A DNA stretch of 64,000 nucleotides from Eledone cirrhosa (taxonomy: Eukaryota). The notes beneath the pieces are model-generated. The model did not search any database and was not told the origin of the DNA. It worked only from the letters and a program-made list of their open reading frames with translations. Positions 40,287 through 52,699 of the stretch are shown here, piece after piece. Location: contig OZ024741.1 of NCBI GenBank assembly GCA_964016885.1, positions 204,910,001 through 204,974,000 on the forward strand, read 5' to 3'. A program made the translations under genes and the position numbers. Within the stretch, counting starts at the first letter, position 1, and each line of letters opens with the position of its first letter.

Positions 40287-42240
40287 CTGGAACAATTTTA
40301 AATGGTCGTAAAGTAACAAATGTATTGATTTTAGCCATTCATTCACATTCATTTATTTATTTCTTCAGTTTTAATGTTTTGTCTTATAATCATCCACTTT
40401 AGCAAACTCTACATTCTAACCTCACCACATCCCTCACACCCACTCCTATCCACCACCTTCTGGTTTGTTGTTTGGTACCCCCTCCCCCTGCCCAGTGTAA
40501 ATTAATGTGTAGGAGAACAGTTGTTGTGAGTAAAATAAGATTAAGTTTGCATGGGGCAGATGTTGAGCTTTCTAAGTTATTCAGATGGCAGATCGTCTAG
40601 GAAAAGAGAAACTCCAATTATAAATGACTTCCCAGGGAATACATGGGTCCCAAAGTCATAGTGAAAGCAACTTGTTTAAGAGGACAGTGGCTATGATTGA
40701 AAACGACTACACAGGGCAGATGTGGACTCTGCAAGCTGCAGTTAAGGCAACACGTCTAGGAGGGCTGTGACTCCAATTAAAAACGACTGCTTGGGGTAGA
40801 CATGGGTCTGTAAGCAATAGTGAAAGCAACCCTTTTAGGAGAGTAGACACTCTGAATAAAAACTGATATAGGGTGTAGGGGACTCTTGAGTCCAGTAAAA
40901 CAACCTATCTAGTGCTGATGGTACAAATAATGCACCTAGTCCACATTGTAAAGTGGTTGGTGATAGAAAGGGCATCCAGTCAGAAAAAACCCTGCCAAAA
41001 TTATGGAAAGCACTAGAAAGATTAATGTTAATTGGATATACAAGGCACCTCTTTTTAATAAGAAAAAAAAAATTTGAAAGCTATGATGTAAACTAATATT
41101 GCTTTCCTTTCATATTGTATCTAGCTTTAAAAAATGGCAAACCCTAAAAAAATACAAGTGGCCTGAGGAGTAGAAAAGTAAGGTGGTAATATACAGTTTG
41201 TGCTGACATGAATAACAAGGTCAATGTGGATAATATAAAGCTTCCACTGCGCACAATCCATAGGGTGAGGAAGGAGTTGTGGTTGCTAGAAAAACTTATA
41301 ATCACAGTAAATAAAGGGTGAAACATGCTGATTTCATCCATAAAGTTGAGCAGTTCATTCATCCTTTAACTCCTAACTCTCTAGACTGCAATCCTTTGGA
41401 TTATTTTTATGCCTTTTTACCTGAACTCTGGCATCTGTGCCGATTCTGTCTACGTCTGCACCCTACATATATATATATAGATAATAAAGAGTTATACTCT
41501 ACAACCCAAAGTATTGAGTATTCTGTTGAGTAATGGTCTAACCAGTTTTAAACTGGTTTTATCCTGATTTATATATATATATATATATATATAAAATCAG
41601 CAACTATGAGAATTATTTATACACACCAACATAGCTGGTTGTTGAGGAATCATCAAATTGAGTATCAAACTAACAGCACTACTATAGTTATGCGGGCATG
41701 TCGCTTAGAAATTAAGGTGTTCAGCTCATGATTGCAAGGTTGTGAGTTCAACTGCCAGAAGCATCGCATCTTTGTGTAAGACATTTAATTTGACATTGCT
41801 TCAGTTCACTCGGCGGGCAAAAATGAATTGTTCATCATACCATCATTTAACGTCTACTATCCCTGCTAACAAGGGTTGGATGGATCATCAGCAGACTAGG
41901 CCAGTACTCAAGTGGAGTCACTGACCTCTCAGAAGGCCCAGGAGCCTGCATCTCACTTACATATATCCCCACACAACTGAGTACTCAGATAGACCAGTGG
42001 CTTGCATCTCATTTACATTGTAATTCAATAGGCCAGCCTTACTGTCACACTCTGTATCACGCTCAATCTCCTGGAGAATTACTTTAAGAGTACATGAATC
42101 TGTGGAATGCTCAACCATCAACATGTTAATTTCACAAGTAGTCTGCTCCATTGATCAAATCCACTGGAACACGTGTTGTTAGAATCAATAGAAGTCCAAC
42201 ACACACACTACGATAAGTAGCTAATTAGCTTCTGTTTGGT

Positions 42241-42456
42241 TTAACCCTTTAGCATTTAAACTGGTCGTATCCAGTCAGAATTCTCTCACCTCTTTCTGTT
42301 CACAGTGGCTGTAACTGGCCGCTCATACTGATGTTAAGGTATTGTTCTCAAAAAAGATAATATCAAAATCTCATAGATTTGATATTATGTGAGGTAAAAC
42401 CTTTACTGTGAAAATATAATAGTATATATAGAGTAATGTAAATGCTAAAGGGTTAA
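42241..42456. mobile_element. piggyBac-like MITE (TTAA TSD, TIR CCCTTTAGCATTTA)
   Basis: ttaaccctttagcattta ... taaatgctaaagggttaa; relatives at 34-270, 470-678, 2591 and ~58275-58415. Confidence 0.85.
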
Positions 42457-42838
42457 TGTATAGCATTATCTCTTATAATCAATTATATATCCATTTTTCA
42501 GAGCATACATAGAGCATAAATATTTAAAAAAAACTATTTTATGTGAATCAATATTTTGGTTATTTTTCCTGGTGTTAACATTCTCAATATATATCAGGTG
42601 TAGTTAATATTACAAGAAATGTAATATTACAAGAAATTAAAAATCCTTTACTGTTCATGAGTCATATTTTCTTCCGCTTCTCATACTGTGAGTTACTATT
42701 GGAGCACCACCACACCATAGGGTGCTACCAACAGAAACATGTACAATAATTATAAATTTCAAACATATATCAAGTTATATATGAATTCCAGCAAATATTC
42801 ACAGACATACCCACATTTAGATATATGTATTTCATTAC

Positions 42839-42973
42839 CTGGTCTGGAAAGCAATTCATTCAAAGCAGCTTCTGTGTCATAATTATGTTTTTTAATGCAC
42901 TCCACAAGGATATCATCTTGATGTATGTCTCCAAGTACTTCACGAATCTTATCCAAACAGTGGTTTAAACGAG
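42839..42973 (-). CDS. HBS1L: HBS1L coding exon 4, HBS1 N-terminal helical domain (ARLNHCLDKIREVLGD...AALNELLSRP)
   Basis: Part of ORF 42759..43043; ARL..CLD..REVLGD is the HBS1_N signature; CAG/GTAATG splice sites; 135 nt, phase 1-1. Confidence 0.93.
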
Positions 42974-44664
42974 CTGTGTAGGAATAACAAAATGAAAAAA
43001 AAAAAAAAAAATAATAATAATAATAATAATCAATCAATACCACATATTACGTTTAATAATTGCTCGTTTTTCATATATAATTAGTGTATAAAGGAGAAGC
43101 TAGGATTAGATTTAATATGATATAAGAAACTCATAGAGACATACAAAGGCAATATTACAGCCTTGGCTGTGGTTGCTAAAACAAACTAAAGAACGCAGAT
43201 ATTGATGTATTTCGTCATTGCACAACACCATTATTCCAAAATGGCTAGACATTATATGATGATAACATTAGATACATCAATATGTATGCATGCCTGCACA
43301 TAGACACTATGTTACACATCATCATCATCATCGTTTTAATATCCACTTTCCCTGCCAGTAAGGGTGAGACAGGTCTACATAGACCAAGTCAGTACTGAAG
43401 TGGGGCTACTGATCTCCCAGACAGGTCAGGGATCTACATCTTGCTTATGTATTTCCTCATGTTCTACTGAGTCCATAGGAGAGGTTGTCATGCTTTTGAC
43501 AACTGCAGCTCCTCCCAATCCTTTGTTTGAATACCTTTCCTATCATCAACCACTTTACAGCATGTACTGGGTGCATTTATCGTGTCGGTCACCAACACTA
43601 GAGAGGTTGCCGTACTGTGGCCCGACTGAAGGGTCCTCTCGACCCTTCCCTCTTTCTCTCTCTCTCTCATAGAGATGAATACTAGAAACAGGAGGTTAGT
43701 GATGGAGTAAATAGCTAAGGAGTGATAGTGAAGAGGGCATGGGTTGAGGAGAAGACTGCAACTAAAGGATGAATACAGGAGAGGAATGTAGTGATGATGA
43801 GGATAGCTGCTAGGGAGTGCTAGTGTAGGAGGCAGGGTGGAGTGCATAAAAATAAGGAGAGTGACTACTAGAGTATGATAGTGGAGGAGTCTTGAAGTTT
43901 TAAATGTGGCAACTGCTAAGGAGTGAGTGCTGGCGAAGGGCATGGGGGTGTGTATGCGGTGTAGTGATACTGAGAATAGCTGTTACTGAGTGCTGGTGGA
44001 AGGGGAGGACATAGGGATAAGTCAGGCCACATTGTATACTGTAGGTCTGGTCTTCTTCAGCAGAGCATGGCACCAGCCATTGCGGTCCTTAGTCATTTCT
44101 GTTGTAAGGCTTAGTTTTTTTTAAGTTGATCTTTACAACCTCATCCCATGCCGTCCAGGGTCTACCTCTTCCACGAGTTCCAACCACTGGGGTTTCTCTG
44201 CATTTCTTTATGCAGCTGTCATCTTCCATGCACAACACATGATACAAATCCGTTTGTTTATATTTAGCTAAAAAGCTTCTATCTAATTTTATGTAAAAAC
44301 CTTCAAATTATGCTTCGAACATCAACTTAACTTTTTCAATATCCTCCTGCACAAGACCACTCATGATTCTATGATATAAAAATCTCTCATTTTACATTAT
44401 CTATATTTGAATTAAAACTTTCCTTAAATGTTATGCAAGTACTTTTTCCCAAAACAAGTTTAATTATGAGAAAATTAGGTATTTTACTAATTCCATTTAA
44501 ATTCTTTGTTATTTCAAAGGATTTGAAAATCATAGGTAGTGTCTTAAATAAGATATATGGTGATGAAAAGGTTAATTCTGCCATTGACTCAGCTTAGTTG
44601 AGAATAGTGAAATGTAAAAATAGATTTATGTTAATTGATGATCTGTTTGGTTATCCAGTCTTAC

Positions 44665-44814
44665 CTTCATCAAAACTATTGTATGTCACTTTCTTAGGAG
44701 AACATTTTGGTGAATCTGGGGTAAAGATTTGTGGTTCAATATTTGATGGAGAATCACTACTAATGTAAGAACCAAGGTCAAGATTGGATTTCCTTGGAAA
44801 TGTGAACTGGGCCA
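44665..44814 (-). CDS. HBS1L: HBS1L coding exon 3 (VAQFTFPRKSNLDLGSYI...NSFDE)
   Basis: tttcag acceptor, GTAAG donor, 150 nt open in phase; AQF continues the conserved SPxTxAQF motif. Confidence 0.88.
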
Positions 44815-45517
44815 CTGAAAGTAAATAAATAAATTTAAAATTGTAATAAATATGTAGAAAATTTTTGAATAAAAAAAATTAAAATATTACACAGAATATA
44901 ATTTGAAGCATTTGAAAAATACCTAAATCTTCACATGATACATGTTAAATTTATTAAAATGGAATATGATATTTTTTAATCCTTTTAATACCAAATCACC
45001 TTGGGTTCTGCAGTACAAAACTTATTTTACAATGGTTATATTTATCTAGAAACCTTTCATTATAATTTAATGTAAGAACCTTTATGTTACAAACACCAGC
45101 TGAATGAGAGAGCTAGTTATATTCCTAAATCACTCCAATTTTTGATTTGAAAATCATAGTGTTTTCATCATCATTACCATTAGAAATATAATAACAAAAG
45201 TACAAATTCATCATCATAACATGTTTTCTATACTTCTCTGTACATAGTCATTTTCACTCAATGTTTGCTTTACATGTCCATACGCACTGTAGCCTCTTGT
45301 GCACATCAACTGATACCTTTAAAGGTCAACTTCTCTTTCAACTTACTCATAGTCTTCCTGCCAATATTCTGCAACCACATGCACACCTTAACTCTTTTGA
45401 TACTAAACCATATGAAACTATTCCTGGATTCTAAGCTGATTTTTTCGAAAAAACTTCCATTATAATTCTATATAAGAACCTTTATGTTCCAAACCTCAAT
45501 TTGATAAGAAAGTTATA

Positions 45518-45542
45518 CAGGGTGTCCATTAATTATCTTTAC

Positions 45543-45575
<33 letters not shown>

Positions 45576-45709
45576 AAGAATACTCTACAGGCTATATTAG
45601 AGAAAACATCAGAAATAGTATGCAACACATCTAGGTGATACTCAAATTCTGACCATGTGTATCCCCTCATCAAGAGTGGACGTTATAAAGGTAATTTATG
45701 GACACTCTG
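45518..45709. mobile_element. Tc1/mariner-type MITE (TA TSD) nested in a TTAA MITE
   Basis: TA-cagggtgtccat ... atggacactctg-TA. Confidence 0.75.
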
Positions 45710-47519
45710 TATTACTAAATTCCTCTAAATTCTTAATTATTTCCAAAATGATTTCAAAATCATAGGCAGTGTTCTCATTAGAAATATGGTAATGAAAGAG
45801 TTAATCTGTCTTTTGCATAGAGAACCCTTGGTTAAAAATCTCCGAAAATTTACCCTCCACCTTTCTTATTCTAGCTACTCTACTTTTAATGTAACCATTA
45901 CCAATAACATTTCCATCACTTGAATAGTCTACCATATCTAATGAACTATCTGATCAATAGACAGATCCCATATAGTTCATTGTGAAGACACGTGGCCTAA
46001 TGGTTAGGGCATTAACTCATGATCATAAGGACGCAAGTTCAATTCTTGGACCAGCTTTTAATACCGACCTCGTCTTTTTTCATTTCTTTAGGGCTCAACT
46101 AAATGAACCATATTCTTTGACTATAAAAATAAGCCTTAATTTCTAATTAGGAAACCTGTATTAATTTCAATATTTATTATATGTACTACACAGTCCACTG
46201 GATGGAACCAGTACACCAGAGTATTGATATTAATACTTATATAAAAATGAACCTTATGAAACATCAAAGTGCTGGAATGTTTAAAATGTGAAAATGTCAG
46301 TCATAAATGCAAAAGATAACTGTAATAAGTCAATCACTATCAATAATAGTTGGGAAAATTACCTTTAGAGATGGAAAAAAGTAGACAGAGATGCCTATGA
46401 GGAACAAAACACCACACAGGTGCCTCTGTTCAATTCTTGCCGTCTCTAAAGGTAATTTTCCACATTTTTCAACCTCTTATTTATAGTAGTCAACTTATTA
46501 GTTATTTTCTACATCTGAGACTCATATTTTCAAATTATGAAAAAATATTTCTTTATAATGTGACTTAATTATATTTACCAACATAGTGTAATAAAATATT
46601 ATCATTACATACAGTGTATGAAATACTAGTGAGTCTAGCAATTTATATCCCTTGAGTTGTTATTCCTCTTAACATGAATTATCAACCATAACATGCTACT
46701 TGTGTTTCTATATCTATAAACATCACCATCTGTAATTCTTTAAAATTTACTCACACACGTGTATACACAATGCATTTCCTATATCAGTCATGTTTCTACA
46801 ATAAGATTGCTTTCCAATCACAAAGACCTGGTTACTAACACTGCATTTATCCCTGTAAATAGTTATTTCTCTAAAGTTATTCATATATGGAATCCTATAT
46901 GGAATTTGTACATACATGCTGAACATTTATACAATTATATCCTACACATAAGGGTTGGGAGATACTTTCAGTTGTGTCAAAAACATGACAACCTCCTTAG
47001 TGCTAGTGCCACAATAAAATGCACTTGGTAGAACATGGGACCGTATCTAAGCAAGATGCGAATCCCCAGTCTGCTTGTCTGGAAAGTCAGAAGACCTGCT
47101 TCAGTACTGATTCAGTCTGTGAAGACATGTCAAACCCTTGCTAGCAAGGGAAGCAGACATTAAATGATGATGATATGAATTATTAAAATATCATATCTTT
47201 AATTACCTCCTTCTGTCAGTAATCAACATACACTATAGGGTTTAGCTTATCGAGTTATCAAAATGCAAAATTCCCAGTTTGCATGATTGTTCATATATCC
47301 AGTAATCCTAGTACATATATCCTACCAATCATGAGCTCCAAAAGTTAAATACATTCAATGCTATTGCAGTCATTATTGATGGCCCAGGCCCATTAGTATT
47401 GATAATAAATAGTTAATATCATTCTAAGTATAGCTGATAATGTCATTATAAACAACAATAATAAGGAATAAGATCTTCAATGAGCAATGAAGTTAATATG
47501 AACAGATAAACAGCCGTAC

Positions 47520-47597
47520 CAGTTCCGGGGGAGATGCAATATTTATCATCAAACGATTGACCATAGCAATCTTCAACATCATCTTCATCAAAAAACT
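47520..47597 (-). CDS. HBS1L: HBS1L coding exon 2 (EFFDEDDVEDCYGQSFDDKYCISPGT)
   Basis: CAG acceptor and GT donor, 78 nt, phase 1-1; the YGQS..DD.YCISP motif is characteristic of the HBS1L N-terminus. Confidence 0.92.
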
Positions 47598-48329
47598 CTG
47601 GAAATAGAAATTAGGATTATACAATAAGGTGACTAGTTTAAAATAAGTATATATATTTTTAAATAGCATTTGGCACAGAAAGTAGATTTTGTATAAAAAA
47701 CAATAGTGTATAGTAATGAAACATAAACAAATAAAAAATAAGCAGTAACATTTGGTTCTTGAACCTCCCTAGTGCTGGTGTCATAAAATGCATCCAGTGC
47801 ACTTTGTAGAGTGTGGGGATGTAAATGAAATGTGGGCTCCTGCTAGCAGGGAAAATGGATGTCAAATGATGGTGATGATTAACTCTTAATATCCTGTAAT
47901 GATTTAAGTGAAAACATCTAAAAATAGGTTGGTAAATTCAGATGTTTATAGTATCTTTACTACTGCTGTGAAAATTTGTAGTATCAGAGTAAAGACTTTT
48001 AATGTGATGCAGTCATAGTGCTAGTTTGTATTTTTCAAGGTTTTGCTAATGTGGTTTTATATGGTACAGACGTTAAGAATTATTATATACGGATACACTA
48101 CTGATGTTTTACACATTTAGTTCCAGACATGAACCAAATTATCCATGATGCTGGGAGATAACTCCCTGATGCTAATTGTCTGTCTATATGCAACTCTAAC
48201 TCAGAAAACCAATTAGTCACTTGATCACCCATCAGCCAAGCAAGTACATAAGCCAGATTGATTTTATCTTCACCAGAAGTTGAGACAGGCTGATCATAAA
48301 CACAAAGTTCCATCCTGGGAAGGAGTGTA

Positions 48330-49240
48330 CAACCCACCATAACTTAGTAATCAGTGACTTTAAAATCAGAGCTAGATGAACACAAGAGATGGAAGACAAA
48401 TAGGAGAAGGATATGAAAGCTGAGGGAACCCTCAGCCAGTAACAAATTCAGGGATGCCCTGCTTAATACTTATGACAGTAATGAAAACAAATTAGAAACC
48501 AGCAGCATAGACGAACCAAAGGTGTGAAGTATTCAGGATTGCAAGGCAGTGTGTGATGGAAAATCACGATGTTGAAGAGATGTGCATTTGAAATGACAGT
48601 GGTGTACTTGCCCTCACTGCTGCTGAGAAAAAGAAGCATGGAAGTGCCATTATATGAGACTGTTAAATGAAAATGCATGGAAAATGGTCTGCCTCAAACA
48701 GGTCTAACAAAGAGACCAGTTATTCAAATTTGCAGCAGTGTGCTAAGGCAGTGAAGGATACGAAGACAGGCAAAGCAGCAGGTCCATCAGGAATAGTAGT
48801 TGGGATGTTGAATGCATCTGGGATGGTGGAACAAAAGCTAACCATGGGCATCATAAAACAAAGTAATATCGGATAGTGTCATACCTAATGTCTGGCATAG
48901 TAGCGTCATTATCAACTGCTATAAAAGCAAAGGAGACGTTGGACAGAGCAAACTACAGAGACTGCAAGTTGATAAACCAGGTCATGAAAGTTACTGAAAG
49001 AGTTAATTAGGGATAGAATTAACATAGACAAGATACAGCTTGGTTTTATGCCTGGTTAAGGTATCACAGATGCCCCTTTCCTTGTGAGACAGCTGTAGAA
49101 GTAAGTCCCTCTAACTAGCATTTATTGACCTGGAAAAGTCTTTTGACAGGGTTGCCCACTCCATAATCTAGTAGGCTCTTAAGAAACCAGCGGTATATGA
49201 GTGGCTTGTAAAAGTGGTGCAAGCTATGTACAAAGATGTA
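48330..49240 (+). mobile_element. RTE LINE RT fragment
   Basis: GKAAGPSGIV, FGFMPG-like and FIDLEK motifs; similar to 17300-18050. Confidence 0.75.
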
Positions 49241-49424
49241 ATCAGTAAAAGGGGGGCATCTCACATATGTTCCCGTATTTGACAGTGTACTGGGTGCATC
49301 ATTTGTAACAGCAACACTAGGGAGGCTGTCATGATTTTGACTCAACTGAAGACTCCTCTCGCATATATATATATATATATAGACGAAACATAAGTCAATT
49401 ACATGAACTCATAATCCTTTATTT

Positions 49425-49480
49425 ACTGCTATATATATTTCGATGATAGCCATTGAATGGCTATGACCTCATCAGGCAGT
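49425..49480 (-). ncRNA. Minimal type-I hammerhead ribozyme downstream of a possible Penelope-like 3' remnant
   Basis: Reverse complement reads actgc CTGATGA ggtcatagcca ttcaa tggctatcatc GAAA T atat A TA gcagt; all core positions and stems I-III present. Confidence 0.82.
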
Positions 49481-50084
49481 TAGTCAGTTCTTAGATTTGC
49501 CAGCTCTGTGTTTATAGTGTTGATGGTATCAGAGCCTTGGGACATATGAGCTTGTTAGGAATAATTGGTGTCAGCAGGAATAGTCTTGATTCTCATTGGT
49601 CAGTTTGTAGATGGTAGTAGGGTTGGTATTTGACCTCAAAGAGGCAGGTGGTTTTGTAAAGTTCAAACCGTCAGGCAAGATGACAATAGTTCCATATGAC
49701 TGATTTTCACAAAAGGCATTCCTGGTCAGATATATATTCAATTAAGGTTAATAGTATGAAATAGATACTACAGGTCATTCTTGAATTGAGGAATTTATGT
49801 GGAGTGGTGCTACTGAAAATTATGGTTAGAGTAGAAAATTTACAAATAAAAAGACTTATGTAGGTTGGCTTGCACTACACTCACACCCACCTCCACAGAC
49901 ACACACACACACACACACACACATACAAAATGTGGGGTGGTAATACTTAACATAATGGTTAGAGTCCAATACTTAGATAGTTTAGAAAATTTAGAAATAA
50001 AAGGTTTATGCTGGTTGACTTGTACATACACTCACACCTACCCCCACAGACACTCTCACATCTACACACAAATCCATACAGGTG

Positions 50085-50481
50085 TGTATACATATATATG
50101 CATGCATGTATGTACGCACAAGTATGCATATATATATATAAAATATATATATACACAGAACATACATATATATAAAATATATACATATTAAAAATATATA
50201 TATACATAAAATACACACATACATAAAATATATACACACATAAAACATACACATACATAAAATATATACACACATAAAACATACATACATATATATATAT
50301 AAAATATACATACATATACATATATATATAAAATATATACATACATATACATATAAAATATATACATACATATACATATATATATAAAATATATACATAC
50401 ATATAAATATATATAAAATACACACATATACACACATAATATATATATATACACATGATATATATATACATATATATATAA
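50085..50481. repeat. Complex (TA/CA)n low-complexity tract
   Basis: Direct reading; source of the spurious Y/I/C/V-rich ORFs. Confidence 0.9.
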
Positions 50482-50669
50482 AAAATCAGGTTCAATAAAA
50501 CGTGGTTTAGATGACTCCTAACCGGTAGAGGCTCCGGTGGACCATCCACCATAGGGACCACAAGCTATGGGTGGTTGTTGTTGTCCATTGGTCATTGGTA
50601 CAGGGTGTAGGGGACCTACAGGGGGGGGGGCGTAACTGGGGTTTATCCATATAGCTTGAGGAAAGTTCC

Positions 50670-50835
50670 CGTCCTTAGGTGTCTGCAGGCACCGAATAAG
50701 TCGGCCCTTCTGTTTAATAGCTTGGTTCCGCCATGAAGAATCTCGAGTGTCTCACTAAGACAGAGGTTGCAAATACCAGACCCGCCTCTGTCTGAGGGAA
50801 CCTTTCTAACCACGGACCAGACCAGAGAGTGCGGG
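50670..50835 (-). mobile_element. Penelope-like GIY-YIG C-terminal remnant
   Basis: Manual translation CNLCLSETLEILHGGTKLLNRRADLFGACRH matches the C.LCL.E...LLN.R......CRH tail of PLE endonucleases; flanked by (TA)n. Confidence 0.65.
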
Positions 50836-51239
50836 ATATATATATATATATATTATCATGATCATCATCTCCGTTTAATGTTCATTTTTCCATGCTGGCA
50901 TGGGTTAGATGAGTTATCCTGTTGTGAGCAATGCCAGGTCAGGTGACTATCTCTTGCTCAGACAGAACCAATTTTGGCTTGGTTTCTGCAGCTGGATGCC
51001 CTTCCTAGTGCCAACCTCATTTACAGTGAGTACTGGGTGGTTTTTGTCATGACACCTACATGACTACTTTACAGTGTGGACTGGACACTTTTTTTGCCGT
51101 GTCGCCATCACGACCACTTTACAGTGTGGGCTGGAGACTTCACTGGATGTATACTTCAGCCTGTCCTCATGGGAGATGTATGGGAGTGGGCAGGGTGGTA
51201 CATACTATTTATATGCTTCAGTTACAGCCTGTGCCCGTG

Positions 51240-52560
51240 GGAAGTCTGGTCTTCTGTAATATTGTGTAACCCAAGCATCGCACTTCACACACAGATGTCA
51301 TACAGTCGTCCTTTTGTACATGGGGAAAAATCTTTTGCTGTCAACAGTGGGAGCAGCTCTCTAAACTTCTTCCATCCTATCCTTATTCTAGTTATTATGC
51401 TCTCAGAGCACCCTCCTCTGTTACCTAGATAGCAGAAGCTATCAACCACATCTATGGACTCTTCCTGTTACTTGAAGAGGTTTATATCACTGACACTCTT
51501 TCATTCGGTCACTCCTGTGCATCTTCTACATGCAAAGTTTTCCTTTCTTGTTATCCCACTACATCTCTTGTGTACTCAAGATTTATATTGTGTACACTGC
51601 ATGGAGTTTATGCCTGCTCCTTTTCAACATATGGAGCAGGGCTACTTCCCTGAAGGGATCAGGGTCCTATCTTCTTTCCTACTTACTAACACTTTAGTTT
51701 TGGCTAAATTTATTGTCAGACCTTTTGATTCCAAATTCTGTTTCCATAGTTGGAACTTATTTTCTAGTTATTTTATGGATTTGGCTATAAAGACCAAATC
51801 ATCCGCATAGAGAAGTTCACATGACCAGCCAGTTTAAAACACCTCTGTTATGGTGTGGAGGACTATGATGAACAGCTAAGAAGTGAACCTTGATGAACTC
51901 CTATTTGTACCTTGACTTCCTCACTAAACTCACTTTACTGACAGCTCCTCTGTAAATGGTCTAAACTGCCCTCACAAGCCACTCTTCTATGCCTAGTTTC
52001 CTTAACCCTTTAGTGTTCAAACCGGCCAAAACCGGCCAGAATTCTCTACCTCTTTCTGTTGAAACTGGCTGTAACTGGTCGCTCAAACTGATGTTAAGGT
52101 ATTGTTCTCAAAATAATTACTTTCAAAATCTCATAGATTCGATATTATGTGAGATAATTATGTGATGTAAAGCTTTTACTATGAAAATAAAATAGTATAT
52201 ATAGAACAATGTGAATGCTAAAGGGTTAAGGACTACCAGATGACTGATCAAGGTACTCTGTCAAAAGCTTTCTCTAGATCAACAAAAGCTAGATATAGAT
52301 GTGGAACACTTCATGTTATGTTATCTTCCCATTGCAACTATGTACACTTGTCGTCTAGCCTCTCTTTTAGCTACCTAATACTGGTCTCTGCTTACCCCCT
52401 TTTTTCCAATCTTTCCATGCTTATCTCTTGGCTTCAAAGGCTATATCTATTGTGCTGTTCCACCACCAGGTCACCCTGTCTGGCTGGTGCTTTGCTCCAG
52501 CCATAAGTCTTTTTAGTTAGTCTGTAGTAGGTTATCACATAGGAACAATTGTATCGATAT
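51240..52560 (-). mobile_element. RTE LINE fragment interrupted by a TTAA MITE
   Basis: Reverse-complement match to the 17030-18630 RTE copy. Confidence 0.8.
52002..52229. mobile_element. piggyBac-like MITE inserted at TTAA inside an RTE
   Basis: ttaaccctttagtgttca ... tgaatgctaaagggttaa. Confidence 0.85.
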
Positions 52561-52699
52561 ATACATGTATTTGTGTATTGTCAAACATCTATCAACCATA
52601 AACAACCTTTTTCAGTATATTATTGAAATGATTGTACATTGTGGTGGGAGCCAGTATAAAACTAGCCCTTAACGAACATATGTTCGAGTTTAATGGCAA

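Noticed and set aside
49959-50561. Y/I/C/V-rich ORFs here and at ~8750-9150, 9943-10363 and 13676-14065
   Set aside because: They are translations of (TA/CA)n microsatellites.
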